Positions 9,361-19,074 of a DNA stretch of 43,859 nt are shown one piece after another. How positions within the stretch are numbered: the first letter of the stretch is position 1; every line of letters begins with the position of its first letter. Origin of the DNA: a virus (taxonomy: Duplodnaviria; Caudoviricetes); the IMG/VR virus record IMGVR_UViG_3300037483_000714, positions 1-43,859 of that record; one strand, 5' to 3'. The notes under the pieces are model-generated. The model was given only the letters and a program-made list of their open reading frames with translations. It had not been told where the DNA came from and did not search any database. Position numbers and translations under genes: made by a program.

Positions 9361-11030
9361 GCAAGGCGCATACCCCCGCCAGCCCCCTGACGCGCGAGAG
9401 CCACCGCAAGCCGCCGAGCCAGACGGCGAAGGTGGTCCACGGCGACAGCGATACGCTTGTGCGCCGGGGGCGATTCACGTGCCTCGGCTACCGGTCGGCC
9501 GGCCAGCTCGGCCGGGATGGGACGTACGCCATGCCGGGGTCGGAAGACTGGCACATGGCGAACGACCGGGTGCATCTCGTCAACCAGTCGCTGCAGTTCT
9601 ACCGCGACAACGGGTTGTATCGCGGGCTGGTGGACCGGGCGGTGATCAACGCGGTCGGGAGCGGGTTCGGTCACCAGGCGCGGAGCGCCTCGAAGGCGTG
9701 GAACGGGGAGTGTGAACGGCTCTGGCGGGACGAGTTCGAGGATGAGCCGGAGGTGCGCAACCTTTTTTCGTGGGCCGAGTGCCTGGCGATGGCGCTGGCC
9801 GAGCTGCTGAAGACGGGGGACCACGCCGCCCTCCTGTTGAGCAAGCCGGCGGAGGTGGACGGGAAGGTGCAGTTGATCGACTCCGACCGCATTGCCGGCG
9901 GGCCGAAGGGGCTGCTCAGGGGCAATGGCGTGGAGACGGATTCGATGGGGCGGCCGGTGCGGTTCTGGATCAGTCCCTACAGCGAGCTGGGGCAGGTGGA
10001 CACTGCGCGGGCCAGGGCGTATCCGGCCGAGGACGTGGCGTGGATGGCGCTGCTGGACCGTCCGAGCCAGACGCGGGGTATGCCGGCGGCGCAGTCGGCG
10101 TTCCCGATGTTGCACCGGATAAGCGACGTGTGCGATTCGGAGGCGCTGGCCTGGCAGATACTGGCGCGCGTGGCGATCTCGATCTCGCGGGAGGACGGCG
10201 GGGCGCTGGCGGATATGGGGATCGCGGACCCGAGCAAGGCGGGCGAGGACCGCTCGGCGACGGGCGAGGTGGCGTTGACAGTACACGAGTTCGACTCGGC
10301 GCTCGTGTTCCACGCGACGAACGCGGGAGACCACATTGCGGGGGTGGAGCGGAACATCCCGGGCCAGAACTTCCCGGATGCAATCCGGATGTTCCTTCGG
10401 CTGATGGGCCTGCCGCTGGGCCTCCCCCTGGAGCTGGTGCTGATGGACTTCTCGCAGACGAACTACTCCTCGATCCGTGGCAGCCTGGAGCAGGCGTTCG
10501 CGACGTTCCGGCGTTTGCAGCGGCTGGTGGAACGGTACAGCCGGACGATCCGCAATCGGTGGGTGGACCGGATGGTGGTGGCGGGGAAGCTGGGGGCGCG
10601 GGAGGACGCGCACCGCCACGAGTGGGTCAAGCCCGACTTCCCGTGGCTGGACGAGCTGAAGGAGGCGCAGGCGTGGGGCGCCAAGGTCGACCGAGGCTTC
10701 GCGACGCACAGCCAGGCGTGCAAGAGCCTGAACCAGGACAGGGACGAGCTGATGGACACGCGCGAGGCCGAGGTTGTGGACGCCATCGAGCGGGCGTCCC
10801 GGATCGAGGCCACGCACCCCGGGCGGAAGGTGCCGTGGGAGATGTTCGCGGGCCTGCGGGCGGCCGAGGCGAAGACGCCGCCCAGCGCTCAGCCGGGCCA
10901 TGCGCCGGACGTTGGGGACCGTCAGGACGACGCGCGGGAGCCCGGCGAGCGGCAGGAGCCGGATGCGGAGGTTGACGGCGAGAGGCCGCAGGAGGCGCCG
11001 GACGAAGCGCAGACCGAGGAGGGCGAGTGA
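9357..11030 (+). CDS. Portal protein, lambda family
   Basis: GVETDSMGRPVRFW, RPSQTRGMP, DFSQTNYSSIR, WLDELKEAQA motifs. Confidence 0.93.
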   Translation: MSKAHTPASPLTRESHRKPPSQTAKVVHGDSDTLVRRGRFTCLGYRSAGQLGRDGTYAMPGSEDWHMANDRVHLVNQSLQFYRDNGLYRGLVDRAVINAVGSGFGHQARSASKAWNGECERLWRDEFEDEPEVRNLFSWAECLAMALAELLKTGDHAALLLSKPAEVDGKVQLIDSDRIAGGPKGLLRGNGVETDSMGRPVRFWISPYSELGQVDTARARAYPAEDVAWMALLDRPSQTRGMPAAQSAFPMLHRISDVCDSEALAWQILARVAISISREDGGALADMGIADPSKAGEDRSATGEVALTVHEFDSALVFHATNAGDHIAGVERNIPGQNFPDAIRMFLRLMGLPLGLPLELVLMDFSQTNYSSIRGSLEQAFATFRRLQRLVERYSRTIRNRWVDRMVVAGKLGAREDAHRHEWVKPDFPWLDELKEAQAWGAKVDRGFATHSQACKSLNQDRDELMDTREAEVVDAIERASRIEATHPGRKVPWEMFAGLRAAEAKTPPSAQPGHAPDVGDRQDDAREPGERQEPDAEVDGERPQEAPDEAQTEEGE

Positions 11031-12301
11031 TGGAACGCGGAGGACGCACGAGGAGCAGCCTGGCGGTTGGAATAGAGGATGCGCCGGCGGCCGGCCCGAA
11101 GGCTGTGGACCGGGAGGGGCGGATCATCCGGGGCTATTCGGTGATCACCCGGGGGGAGGCGCTCGGCTGGGGGATGTGGGTCGACGGCGAGTTTCTGGAC
11201 CAGGTGGTGGCGGCGGGCAATGCGAAGGCGAGCGGGCTGAAGACGCGGTTCACGCACCCGGGGCTCTGCTCTGACGGGCTGGGGAAGTTCCTCGGGCGGA
11301 CGCGGAACTTGCGGCGGGACGGCGACCAGGTCCACGGCGACCTGCACCTGGCGGATGTCGGGTCCACCGGGCCGGAGGGCGACCTGGCGGGTTACGTGAT
11401 GGACCTGGCGGAGGAGGACCCGGCGGCGTTCGCGGCGAGCATCGTGTTCTGGCACGACATCGGGGCGGAGGACCGGTTCCTGGCGGAGCATGAGGATGAG
11501 GAGGGGCGGTTCGTCAGCCCGGACGCGGCGAACGTGAACAACTACTACCACTGCCGCCTTTCGCGGCTCGACGCATCGGACATCGTGGACGAGCCGGCGG
11601 CGAACGCGGGGGGCTTTTTCACGCGGATGGAGCAGGGGCTGTTGGCGGAGCAGGCGGACCGGTGGGCGGACTGGGCGCTGGGGATGAGCGCACGGCCGCC
11701 GGAGGACGTGGCGCTGGGGGCGGGGATCGAATCCGAGCGGGCGCGGGAGTGGTTCAACGGCTACCTGGCCCGCCGTGGTCTGCAGGTGGTCAGAGTGGAA
11801 TCGGGGGGGACGGTCCCCCTCGTCGGTTCAGGCCCTCCGAACAAGGAGAAGACGATGCCTGACGAAAAGAAGGACGCCGCGCAGGAAGCGGCAGCCCTCC
11901 AGAAGGCGAAGGAGGAGGGTCAGAAGGCCGAGCGCGAGCGGTTCGCGCGGCTGGAGGCGAAGTTCGGGGACCGCCCGGGCTTTGTGAGCGAGCAGTACCG
12001 GCTCGGCCACGACGTGCCCGAGGCGGAGGTCGCCCTGAAGGACGTGCTCCTGGCGGAGAAGGACGAGGAGATCGAGCGGCTGAAGAAGGCGCCCGAGAAG
12101 CCGGCGGCGGGCAGCGGCCCGGCGACGCACACGGAGCAGCCCGACGACGGCCAGGGGCCGGGCTTTTTCGGCCTGGTATCGCAGTATCAGGAGGCGCACG
12201 CCGGCATGAGCCGGGGCGCCGCCATGATCGAGGTTTCCCGCCTGCACCCGAAGCTGGCTGACGGCGTGTGCACGCCGGCCGGCCGGTCGGTTGCGGGCTG
12301 A
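11027..12301 (+). CDS. Prohead protease/scaffold protein
   Basis: Position between portal and capsid; RFTHP...GKFLGR...SDIVDEPAAN protease-like region plus charged coiled-coil C-terminus. Confidence 0.72.
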   Translation: MMERGGRTRSSLAVGIEDAPAAGPKAVDREGRIIRGYSVITRGEALGWGMWVDGEFLDQVVAAGNAKASGLKTRFTHPGLCSDGLGKFLGRTRNLRRDGDQVHGDLHLADVGSTGPEGDLAGYVMDLAEEDPAAFAASIVFWHDIGAEDRFLAEHEDEEGRFVSPDAANVNNYYHCRLSRLDASDIVDEPAANAGGFFTRMEQGLLAEQADRWADWALGMSARPPEDVALGAGIESERAREWFNGYLARRGLQVVRVESGGTVPLVGSGPPNKEKTMPDEKKDAAQEAAALQKAKEEGQKAERERFARLEAKFGDRPGFVSEQYRLGHDVPEAEVALKDVLLAEKDEEIERLKKAPEKPAAGSGPATHTEQPDDGQGPGFFGLVSQYQEAHAGMSRGAAMIEVSRLHPKLADGVCTPAGRSVAG

Positions 12302-12342
12302 TCCACTGCGGGGCGTGTGCCCCCTGAACGGAGAACGGGCGG

Positions 12343-12744
12343 ATGAGCATCAAGATAGTCAACGCCGATGTGGTCACGAAGAAAGTGGCTTCGGGGCAGA
12401 CTGTCACGCAGTATGCCCTGGTCAAGCTGGACACGAGCGGCACGGTGCTGGAGACGGCGGGCACGGCCGACAATGACGTTCTGGTCCTCGGCGTGGCGCT
12501 GCAGGGCGGCACGGAGGGGCAGGCGATCCCGATCGCGGTCCTGAAGGAGGGGAGCGAACTGCCGGTGATCGCTGATCTGACCGACCTGGCCATCGGTGAC
12601 AAGCTGTATACCGCGGCCAACGGCGAGGTGACCGACAGCAACCTCTCCGGGTCGATGGTGGGCGTGGCGCTGGAGGCGAGCGACACGGCCGGCGACATCA
12701 TCATGATGAGCTGCGCAAAGGGCGCGGCTTACAACCTGACCTGA
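12343..12744 (+). CDS. Capsid decoration/cement protein (DUF2190-like)
   Basis: LGVAL...IGDKLY.AANG....VGVALEA....GDII pattern; position before MCP. Confidence 0.75.
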   Translation: MSIKIVNADVVTKKVASGQTVTQYALVKLDTSGTVLETAGTADNDVLVLGVALQGGTEGQAIPIAVLKEGSELPVIADLTDLAIGDKLYTAANGEVTDSNLSGSMVGVALEASDTAGDIIMMSCAKGAAYNLT

Positions 12745-12813
12745 TCCTGGAGATCGGGCTAAACCCCTGTCTCGCGCGGGTCACGGCGCGCGGGCCGAAG
12801 AAGGAGACGTCAG

Positions 12814-13785
12814 ATGAGTGTGACCTACTCCGGAACGGTCCCGGCCCCGTGGATCGCACAGGCCGTGTACCAGTTCAATCCTCTGAACCAGCGGTTCCGG
12901 GCCGCCGACGTCGCCCGGCCCATCGTGGTGATGGAGAAGTCCGGCACGATGGCCAGCGTCAACCGTGCCGGCACGATGGGGAAGGGCCTCGACCTGCAGC
13001 GGGCGCCGGGCGCGAGCTATGCGCGGGGCGGTGTCACGGCCTCGGGCGCGGCCTACGAGTGCCTGATTTACGGCTACGAGCACAAGATCCCCCGCGAACA
13101 AGAGGCCCTGTTCCGGTCGATCATGCAGAGCCAGGTCGTGGCGGGTCAGACGGTGCTCGGCGAGCTGTACACGGGGCGCGAGGCGCGCATCGCCTCGCTG
13201 CTCTGCAACACGAGCCTGTGGACCGGCTCGGCGCTGTTCGCGGACAACCACGCGGCGCCCTGGGACACGGCCGCATCGGACGTGATCGGGCAGGTCGGGG
13301 CGGCGGCGGAGAAGGTCCGGGCCAACACGGGCCTGGCCGCGAACGCCCTGATCACGAGCCGCAAGCAGATCGTCAACCTGATCACGAAGAACACGGCGAT
13401 CCTGGCGAAGTTCAGCGGGGTGGCCGTCGCCACGCCGGACATGGTGCTGAACTGGCTGGCGGCCATCCTCGGTCTGGAGATGGTGATCCCGTTCGAGGCG
13501 GTCTACGACGCCGGGAACCCGGGCGACTCGACCCCGACGATCACCGACGTCTGGAACGAGGACTACGCGATGGTCGCGCGTGTCGCACGGACCGACGACC
13601 CGAGCGAGCCCTGCGTGGCCCGCCTCCTGACCTGGGAGGCGATGGGCGCCGGCACGGCTGCGGAGTTCAACGTCTACACCGAGCCGCAGACAAACTCGAC
13701 CGTCGTGCAGGGCAACCTGTATGAGGACGAGCTGGTGGTGGACAAGTACTGCGGGTTCCTGATGGAGATCGATCCGACCTCCTAA
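12814..13785 (+). CDS. Major capsid protein (lambda gpE-like)
   Basis: 323 aa; RAPG, REARIASLL, AAPW......DVI, ANALI motifs; strong AAGGAG RBS; position. Confidence 0.82.
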   Translation: MSVTYSGTVPAPWIAQAVYQFNPLNQRFRAADVARPIVVMEKSGTMASVNRAGTMGKGLDLQRAPGASYARGGVTASGAAYECLIYGYEHKIPREQEALFRSIMQSQVVAGQTVLGELYTGREARIASLLCNTSLWTGSALFADNHAAPWDTAASDVIGQVGAAAEKVRANTGLAANALITSRKQIVNLITKNTAILAKFSGVAVATPDMVLNWLAAILGLEMVIPFEAVYDAGNPGDSTPTITDVWNEDYAMVARVARTDDPSEPCVARLLTWEAMGAGTAAEFNVYTEPQTNSTVVQGNLYEDELVVDKYCGFLMEIDPTS

Positions 13786-13875
13786 CCGTGACGGCGGTCG
13801 GCGATGATCGGGGAAAACCGGCCCGGCAACACCGGGCCGGAACCCCCCGATAAGCGCGCGGCAGGGAGGGGATCG

Positions 13876-14664
13876 ATGGTCATGGTCCGCAACATCCGGA
13901 CCGGCGGCGAGCCGGTAGTCCTTCACGCCACGGGCACCAACGGGCGTAGCGGCGCCTGGGCCCTGCTGAAGGACGAGGTGCTGCGCATCATGTCCGCCGA
14001 GCCCCCCCAGGCAGTGCCGCTCGACTGCACCTACGCCCTCCTCACGTGGTCGAGCGTGGCCTGGCCCACGTGCCTGGAGCGCTGCTGCGAGGCGATCGGG
14101 GTGGAGCCGGTGGTGATGCGGGTCCCGGACCCGGACGTGTGGCAGAACATCCTCAAGATCGAGTTGACGCTGGAGTTTCTGTCCGGCTGCACGGCGGACT
14201 ACGTGATCGGGCTGGACGCTTTCGACGTTCTTCTGCTGGCGCACCCGTCCGAGGTGGTGCGGCGGTACAGGGAGGCGTTCGAGCCGGCGGGGACGCGGCT
14301 GCTGTTCAACGCGGCCTGCCGGGCATGGCCTGGACCGGGGAAGGGGCCGACGGACGCGTGCCTGAGTTTCGAGCTTCAGACGTTCCCGGCGCGCGACCGG
14401 CACCTGAACGCGGGAGCATGGGTAGGCCGGACGAGCTATGTGGCGACATTCTGGCGCTCGGTTGCGGACCTGGTGGCGTCGGAGAAGTGGCCGCGCGAGT
14501 ATAGGCACTCGGAGCAGATACCGGTGCGGGCGGCGGCCTTCCCGGGCCACTACCCGGCCCTGAGCCTGGACACGGGCTGCTCGATCTTCCAGCACATGGA
14601 GGGCGGCAAGAAGGACCTAATGGCGCTCGATGGGCGGATCACCTCGGGGATTGTGAGGCACTGA
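13876..14664 (+). CDS. PLOD/LH3-like glycosyltransferase
   Basis: GLDAFDVLL, RLLFNAACRAWP, RHLNAGAWVG, SEQ, LSLDTGCSIFQ motifs parallel the LH3 GT domain; GGGAGG RBS. Confidence 0.75.
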   Translation: MVMVRNIRTGGEPVVLHATGTNGRSGAWALLKDEVLRIMSAEPPQAVPLDCTYALLTWSSVAWPTCLERCCEAIGVEPVVMRVPDPDVWQNILKIELTLEFLSGCTADYVIGLDAFDVLLLAHPSEVVRRYREAFEPAGTRLLFNAACRAWPGPGKGPTDACLSFELQTFPARDRHLNAGAWVGRTSYVATFWRSVADLVASEKWPREYRHSEQIPVRAAAFPGHYPALSLDTGCSIFQHMEGGKKDLMALDGRITSGIVRH

Positions 14665-15299
14665 TGGCGCAGCACGGGCAGATACCGGCGATGACGGGCG
14701 AGGCGCTGCGGGCGCGGCTGACGGAGGTCGGCGCGGGCTGGCGGGGGCTCGGCTGCGCGGTGGAGTGCGGGAGCTGGCTGGGGGCGAGCGCGTGCGCGCT
14801 GGCCGAGGGGCTGGTGCGGGCCGGATACGATCGGACGCTGCACCTGTTCGACCAGTGGCGGGCGAGCGAGAGTGAGGTGGCCAAGGCATCGGCAGGCGGG
14901 GTTGAGATACAGGTTGGGGACGACCTGAGCGATATCTGCCGGCGGAACGTCGAGGCCGTCTATCCGGTAGTGGTCTGCCACCGGGGCCGGATTGAGCGTG
15001 CGCGCTGGCACGCGGAGCCGATTGAGATATTCATCCTGGACGCGGCCAAGCGCGACCCAGCCTTCTCGGCCGTGATGCGGAAGTTCACGCGCCGGTGCGT
15101 GGTCGGGGCCACCATCGGGCTGCTGGACTATGCGTACTGGAAGGAGGCGGCCGACTCGGACCGGGAGGCCTACCGCTGTCAACCGGTATGGGCCTGCGTC
15201 CACTGCGGGGAGCTGGGGGAGGTGGAGGACCTGGGCGGCGTGCCGAGCTCTTCCGCGCGCTTCTTCCGGGTGCTCAAGGCCATCGAGGTGAGGATGTGA
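14664..15299 (+). CDS. Class I SAM-dependent methyltransferase (Methyltransf_24/TylF-like)
   Basis: VECGSWLGAS, LHLFD, IEIFILDAAK motifs. Confidence 0.75.
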   Translation: MAQHGQIPAMTGEALRARLTEVGAGWRGLGCAVECGSWLGASACALAEGLVRAGYDRTLHLFDQWRASESEVAKASAGGVEIQVGDDLSDICRRNVEAVYPVVVCHRGRIERARWHAEPIEIFILDAAKRDPAFSAVMRKFTRRCVVGATIGLLDYAYWKEAADSDREAYRCQPVWACVHCGELGEVEDLGGVPSSSARFFRVLKAIEVRM

Positions 15300-16057
15300 C
15301 GCGGATCGTCGGCATCAGCCTGGTGCGGAACGAGGAGCGCTACATCGAGCGGGTGCTGCGCAACGCCCTCGGGCTCTGCGACCGCATCCTGGTGCTGGAC
15401 AACCTGAGCACGGACGATACCGGCTCCATCGTGGACAGGCTGGGGAAGGAGACGGGGCGGGTGGGCCGGCAGATGGTCCACCACCTGGGCGGCAGCCACG
15501 CGCACGTGCAGGAGTTCATCGGGACGGACACCTGGGTCTTCGGGGTGGACGGCGATGAGGTGTATGACCCGGCCGGATTGAGGCGCCTGCGCGACCGTCT
15601 GCTCGGCGGCGAGTTTCGGGACAACTGGATGGTGCGTGGGCACTTCCTGCACGTCACGGCGCTGGACTCGCGGCTGGCGACGGGGTGGATGGCGCCGCCG
15701 AGCCACGACCCGAACAAGCTCTACAACTTTGGGATGGTGCAGAGCTGGCCGCCGGACCGCCGGACGCTGTTCCACGGAGAGGGCCTGGTGCTCCGGGGCG
15801 GACGGGGCTATTCGGAGGCCCACCGGCGGCTGGTCGATGAGGCGCCGTGGGAGCGGAGCGACATGAGGTGCCTGCACCTGCGGTTCATCGCGCGGAGCCG
15901 GGTGGATGCGGGGATCGACCGGCTGGCCGAGCCCCGCGTGAATCCTTACTCCGTGGCGAAGGTGAAGGAGGGCTATGTGGGCTGGACGAAGTATCGAAGG
16001 GGCGATGAGGTGACGGTCGATGCGCGGCCGTTCTTCGGCGCGGAGGCTGGAGCATGA
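15296..16057 (+). CDS. GT2-family glycosyltransferase
   Basis: SLVRNEERYI...CDRILVLDNLSTDDT...WVFGVDGDE (DxD); GTG start overlapping the previous stop. Confidence 0.88.
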   Translation: MTRIVGISLVRNEERYIERVLRNALGLCDRILVLDNLSTDDTGSIVDRLGKETGRVGRQMVHHLGGSHAHVQEFIGTDTWVFGVDGDEVYDPAGLRRLRDRLLGGEFRDNWMVRGHFLHVTALDSRLATGWMAPPSHDPNKLYNFGMVQSWPPDRRTLFHGEGLVLRGGRGYSEAHRRLVDEAPWERSDMRCLHLRFIARSRVDAGIDRLAEPRVNPYSVAKVKEGYVGWTKYRRGDEVTVDARPFFGAEAGA

Positions 16058-16605
16058 GCATCTACATCGACTGCGGCGCGCACGTGGGCAAGACGGTGGA
16101 GGCCTGGGCGCTGGCGCACCCGGAGGACACGATCTACGCTTTCGAGCCCAACCCTGCGTGCCTTACGAACCCGCGCTGGAACGCGCTGCTCAAGCACTTC
16201 CGGGTGAAGTTGATCCGGGCGGCGGTCTGGACGGCCGAGGGGACGATGCGCTTCTACCGGAACAGCGAGAGGCTGGATGGGCAGAGCAGCACGCTGATGG
16301 CCGGGAAGCGGACGGGGGACGTGTCATATGAGACGGCCATCGAGGTGCCGACGGTCGACTTTAGCCGGTGGCTGCGGAGGACGGTGCCGGCGGGCGAGCA
16401 GGCCACAGTGAAGATGGACATTGAGGGGGCCGAGTACGCGGTCCTGATGCAGATGATCCGGGAGAAGACGATCCGCCTGGTCAGGACGCTGCGGATAGAG
16501 TGGCACTACGGGAAGTTCGTCAGCCTGCAGATGAAGCGCCAGCACGGGCTGGTGATCATGGCACTGAGAAAGATCGGCACGGCGCTGGAGGTCGCGACAC
16601 ACTGA
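16054..16605 (+). CDS. FkbM-family methyltransferase
   Basis: YIDCGAHVG, YAFEPNP, VKMDIEGAEY. Confidence 0.9.
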   Translation: MSIYIDCGAHVGKTVEAWALAHPEDTIYAFEPNPACLTNPRWNALLKHFRVKLIRAAVWTAEGTMRFYRNSERLDGQSSTLMAGKRTGDVSYETAIEVPTVDFSRWLRRTVPAGEQATVKMDIEGAEYAVLMQMIREKTIRLVRTLRIEWHYGKFVSLQMKRQHGLVIMALRKIGTALEVATH

Positions 16606-16961
16606 TGGTGAGCATGACGACGGAAGCCGCCGAGGCGATGCTGGACCAGTGGGGGGAGTCCGTGACCTACACCCCGCGCAGTGGGGCCGCGCGCAGCATC
16701 AAGGCCATCGTGGACCGCAATGTCCCACGGCCGGTGGGGGGCCCGGGCGAGGGCGTCAACCGTCCGGACCTCACCATCGAGGTGGCCAACCGCGCGACGT
16801 CAATCGCCGACGACGGCTACGGGGGCATAAGCTCCGCCGGGGTGGACACGGGCGGCGACAAGGTGACGCTGCCGAAGAGGATCGGGCAGGCGGCGCAGGA
16901 CATGCGCATCGCCCAGGTCCTCGGGCAGGACGAGGCCATGCTGACGCTGGAGGTGCGCTGA
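16605..16961 (+). CDS. Head-tail joining protein (gpFII-like)
   Basis: GESVTYTP..G..RSIKAIVDR pattern; position. Confidence 0.7.
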   Translation: MVSMTTEAAEAMLDQWGESVTYTPRSGAARSIKAIVDRNVPRPVGGPGEGVNRPDLTIEVANRATSIADDGYGGISSAGVDTGGDKVTLPKRIGQAAQDMRIAQVLGQDEAMLTLEVR

Positions 16962-17593
16962 TGGCCCGTGAGATTGAGATCCGCTACGACGAGGCGCAGA
17001 TCGCCCGCGTGCGCCGGATGCTGGCGGCCTTCCCGCGTCAGGTGCCGCGCGTGCTGATGCTGGCGATCAACGCGACGATCAGCACGCTGCGAAGCCACGC
17101 CGGCAAGCGGATCGCCAGGGCCGGCGGGCTGAAGGCCAAGCACCTGCGCCGGGGCACCTACGTCAAGAAGGCGACGCTCCGGGACCTGGTCGCGACGCTT
17201 AACTTCAGCGGGTACTCGCCCCCCGTGACGGAGCTGGGCGCGCGGCAGACGAGGAAGGGCGTGACGTTCTCGATGGGCGGCAGGCGCGTGCTGCTGCCGG
17301 CCGCCTTCATCGCCACGACGCCGCACTTCGGCCGCCAGGTGTTCGTGCGGGCGCCATACGGGGAAACGGCATCGTTCTGGCGCCACGCCGCGAGCTGGCT
17401 GAAGAAGGACGCCGGCAAGATGAAGACGCCGCGCCTGCCGCTCTGGCCGCTGCTCGGGCCGAGCCCTCGCAGCGTCTGGGAAGCGCATGGAGGCATCCGG
17501 ACGGAGCTGCGGCAGGAGGGCGACCGGCTCCTCGCGCACTACACGGAGCAGAAGCTGAACTACGTCCTGGAGAAATACGGGGGCACGGCATGA
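16961..17593 (+). CDS. Minor tail protein (gpZ-like)
   Basis: Basic protein with AIN.T, AFIA.......VFVR, RLPL..L.GPS motifs. Confidence 0.72.
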   Translation: MAREIEIRYDEAQIARVRRMLAAFPRQVPRVLMLAINATISTLRSHAGKRIARAGGLKAKHLRRGTYVKKATLRDLVATLNFSGYSPPVTELGARQTRKGVTFSMGGRRVLLPAAFIATTPHFGRQVFVRAPYGETASFWRHAASWLKKDAGKMKTPRLPLWPLLGPSPRSVWEAHGGIRTELRQEGDRLLAHYTEQKLNYVLEKYGGTA

Positions 17594-18075
17594 CCGAGCC
17601 GATCATCGAACGCATCCTGCAGAACGTGAAGACCGTGGTCGACGGGATCACGGTCGTCGCGGGCTACAACCAGGACCTGGACGCCGTCCGCCCGACCAAG
17701 ATGGACTTCGACGACGGCGCGCCGGCCGTCAACGGCAAGGTGGTGATACTCTGCGACGACCCGGAGCCGAACGTGGAGAAGTCGAATGCCGGGAACCCCG
17801 CACGGCAGGCCTGGACGCTCTCCCTGGTCCTCGTCGCCTACGTCATCCCGAGCGACACGAGCACGACGCCCATCGACACACTGATCAACCGGGTGCGCGC
17901 CGACATCGAGAAGGCGTTGCAGGCCGACCCCTATCGGGGCGAGCTGGCCGTGGACACATCGCCGGCCGGATCGCAGAAGTTCGTGGAGGAGGGGGGCGCC
18001 GCGTGCGGCGTCGCCGTCTTCGTGGACGTCGTCTACCGCACGCCGATCAACGACCCCTACACTGCCGCAGGATGA
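17590..18075 (+). CDS. Tail terminator (gpU-like)
   Basis: I.E.I...GY...ADIEKAL..DP..G.LA.DT...V.YRT...DPY; position. Confidence 0.68.
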   Translation: MTEPIIERILQNVKTVVDGITVVAGYNQDLDAVRPTKMDFDDGAPAVNGKVVILCDDPEPNVEKSNAGNPARQAWTLSLVLVAYVIPSDTSTTPIDTLINRVRADIEKALQADPYRGELAVDTSPAGSQKFVEEGGAACGVAVFVDVVYRTPINDPYTAAG

Positions 18076-18088
18076 GAGGAGAGGCACA

Positions 18089-19069
18089 ATGCCTACAGCA
18101 CTGACACGGTTGCGCAAGAGGCGTGTCCTGGCGGCCGCCGTCGAGGCGGTGGTCGGCACCCCCGAGACGCTCGACGCGGGAGACGCCGTCATGAACGTGT
18201 TCGACGCCGACATGCAGCCCGGCGGGGAGTTTCACGAGCGCCCGGGCCAGGCCGGCTTCGGCCCGCTGCCCGGCGTCGTCGGCGCGCGAGTCGGCACGCT
18301 GACCTTCGCGGTGGAGCTGCACGGCTCGGGCACGGCGGAGAGCGACGGCGGCGAGAGCGTGCCGACCTGGGCGAAGATGCTCCTGCCGGCCTGCGGGGTG
18401 ATCCAGACGGGGGCGACCAGCCCGATCTTCCACGTCAGCTCGACGAGCCCCTCGGATGGGGCGACGGCCCTCGCCGTCCGCACGCTGACGATGGGCCTCT
18501 ACACTGACGGCGTCCTGAAGCGGATCCACGGCGCCATGGGCACCTGCGTCATCCGCTGCGTGAACGGCCAGCCGGTGCGCCTCGAATTCACCTTCACCGG
18601 CGCCTGGGATGCTCCCACGGACGTGGCCCTGCTGGCCCCGACCTACCCGACGGTGATCCCGCCCCGGTGGGGCGGCGGCGCGTTCACCCTGGACAGCTAC
18701 GCGCTGGTCGCCGGCGAGTTGAGCGTGGACCTTGGCAACGAGGTGGTGATGCGTCCGGACGCGGCGCAGGCTGCCGGCCTGGCGACCGCCATCATCACCG
18801 GCCGGCGGATACTCGGGACGGTGAACCCGGAGAGCCGCCTGGTGGCCGAGCGAGACAACTACGGCATCTGGCTGGCGGGCACGGAGGGCGCCCTGTCCGT
18901 CGTGGTCGGCGCCACGGCGGGGAACAAGTGCACGCTCGGCGCGCCGAAGGCGCAGGTCAGCAACATCCAGGAGATCGACCGCGACGGCGTCCAGGCGGAG
19001 GAGTTGACGCTGCAGTTCAACCGGTCCGCCGCGGCCGGAGACGACGAGTTCACCATGACGTTCGGGTGA
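18089..19069 (+). CDS. Major tail tube protein
   Basis: LL.ACG, FTFTG, SVDLGNEV..R, ITGR, GNK..L.AP, DRDG motifs; position. Confidence 0.8.
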   Translation: MPTALTRLRKRRVLAAAVEAVVGTPETLDAGDAVMNVFDADMQPGGEFHERPGQAGFGPLPGVVGARVGTLTFAVELHGSGTAESDGGESVPTWAKMLLPACGVIQTGATSPIFHVSSTSPSDGATALAVRTLTMGLYTDGVLKRIHGAMGTCVIRCVNGQPVRLEFTFTGAWDAPTDVALLAPTYPTVIPPRWGGGAFTLDSYALVAGELSVDLGNEVVMRPDAAQAAGLATAIITGRRILGTVNPESRLVAERDNYGIWLAGTEGALSVVVGATAGNKCTLGAPKAQVSNIQEIDRDGVQAEELTLQFNRSAAAGDDEFTMTFG

Positions 19070-19074
19070 CCCTG

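Noticed and set aside
13818-13840. Hairpin CCGGCCCGG-N5-CCGGGCCGG after the capsid gene as a terminator
   Set aside because: No U-tract on the sense strand; may be a stability or attenuation element but cannot be called
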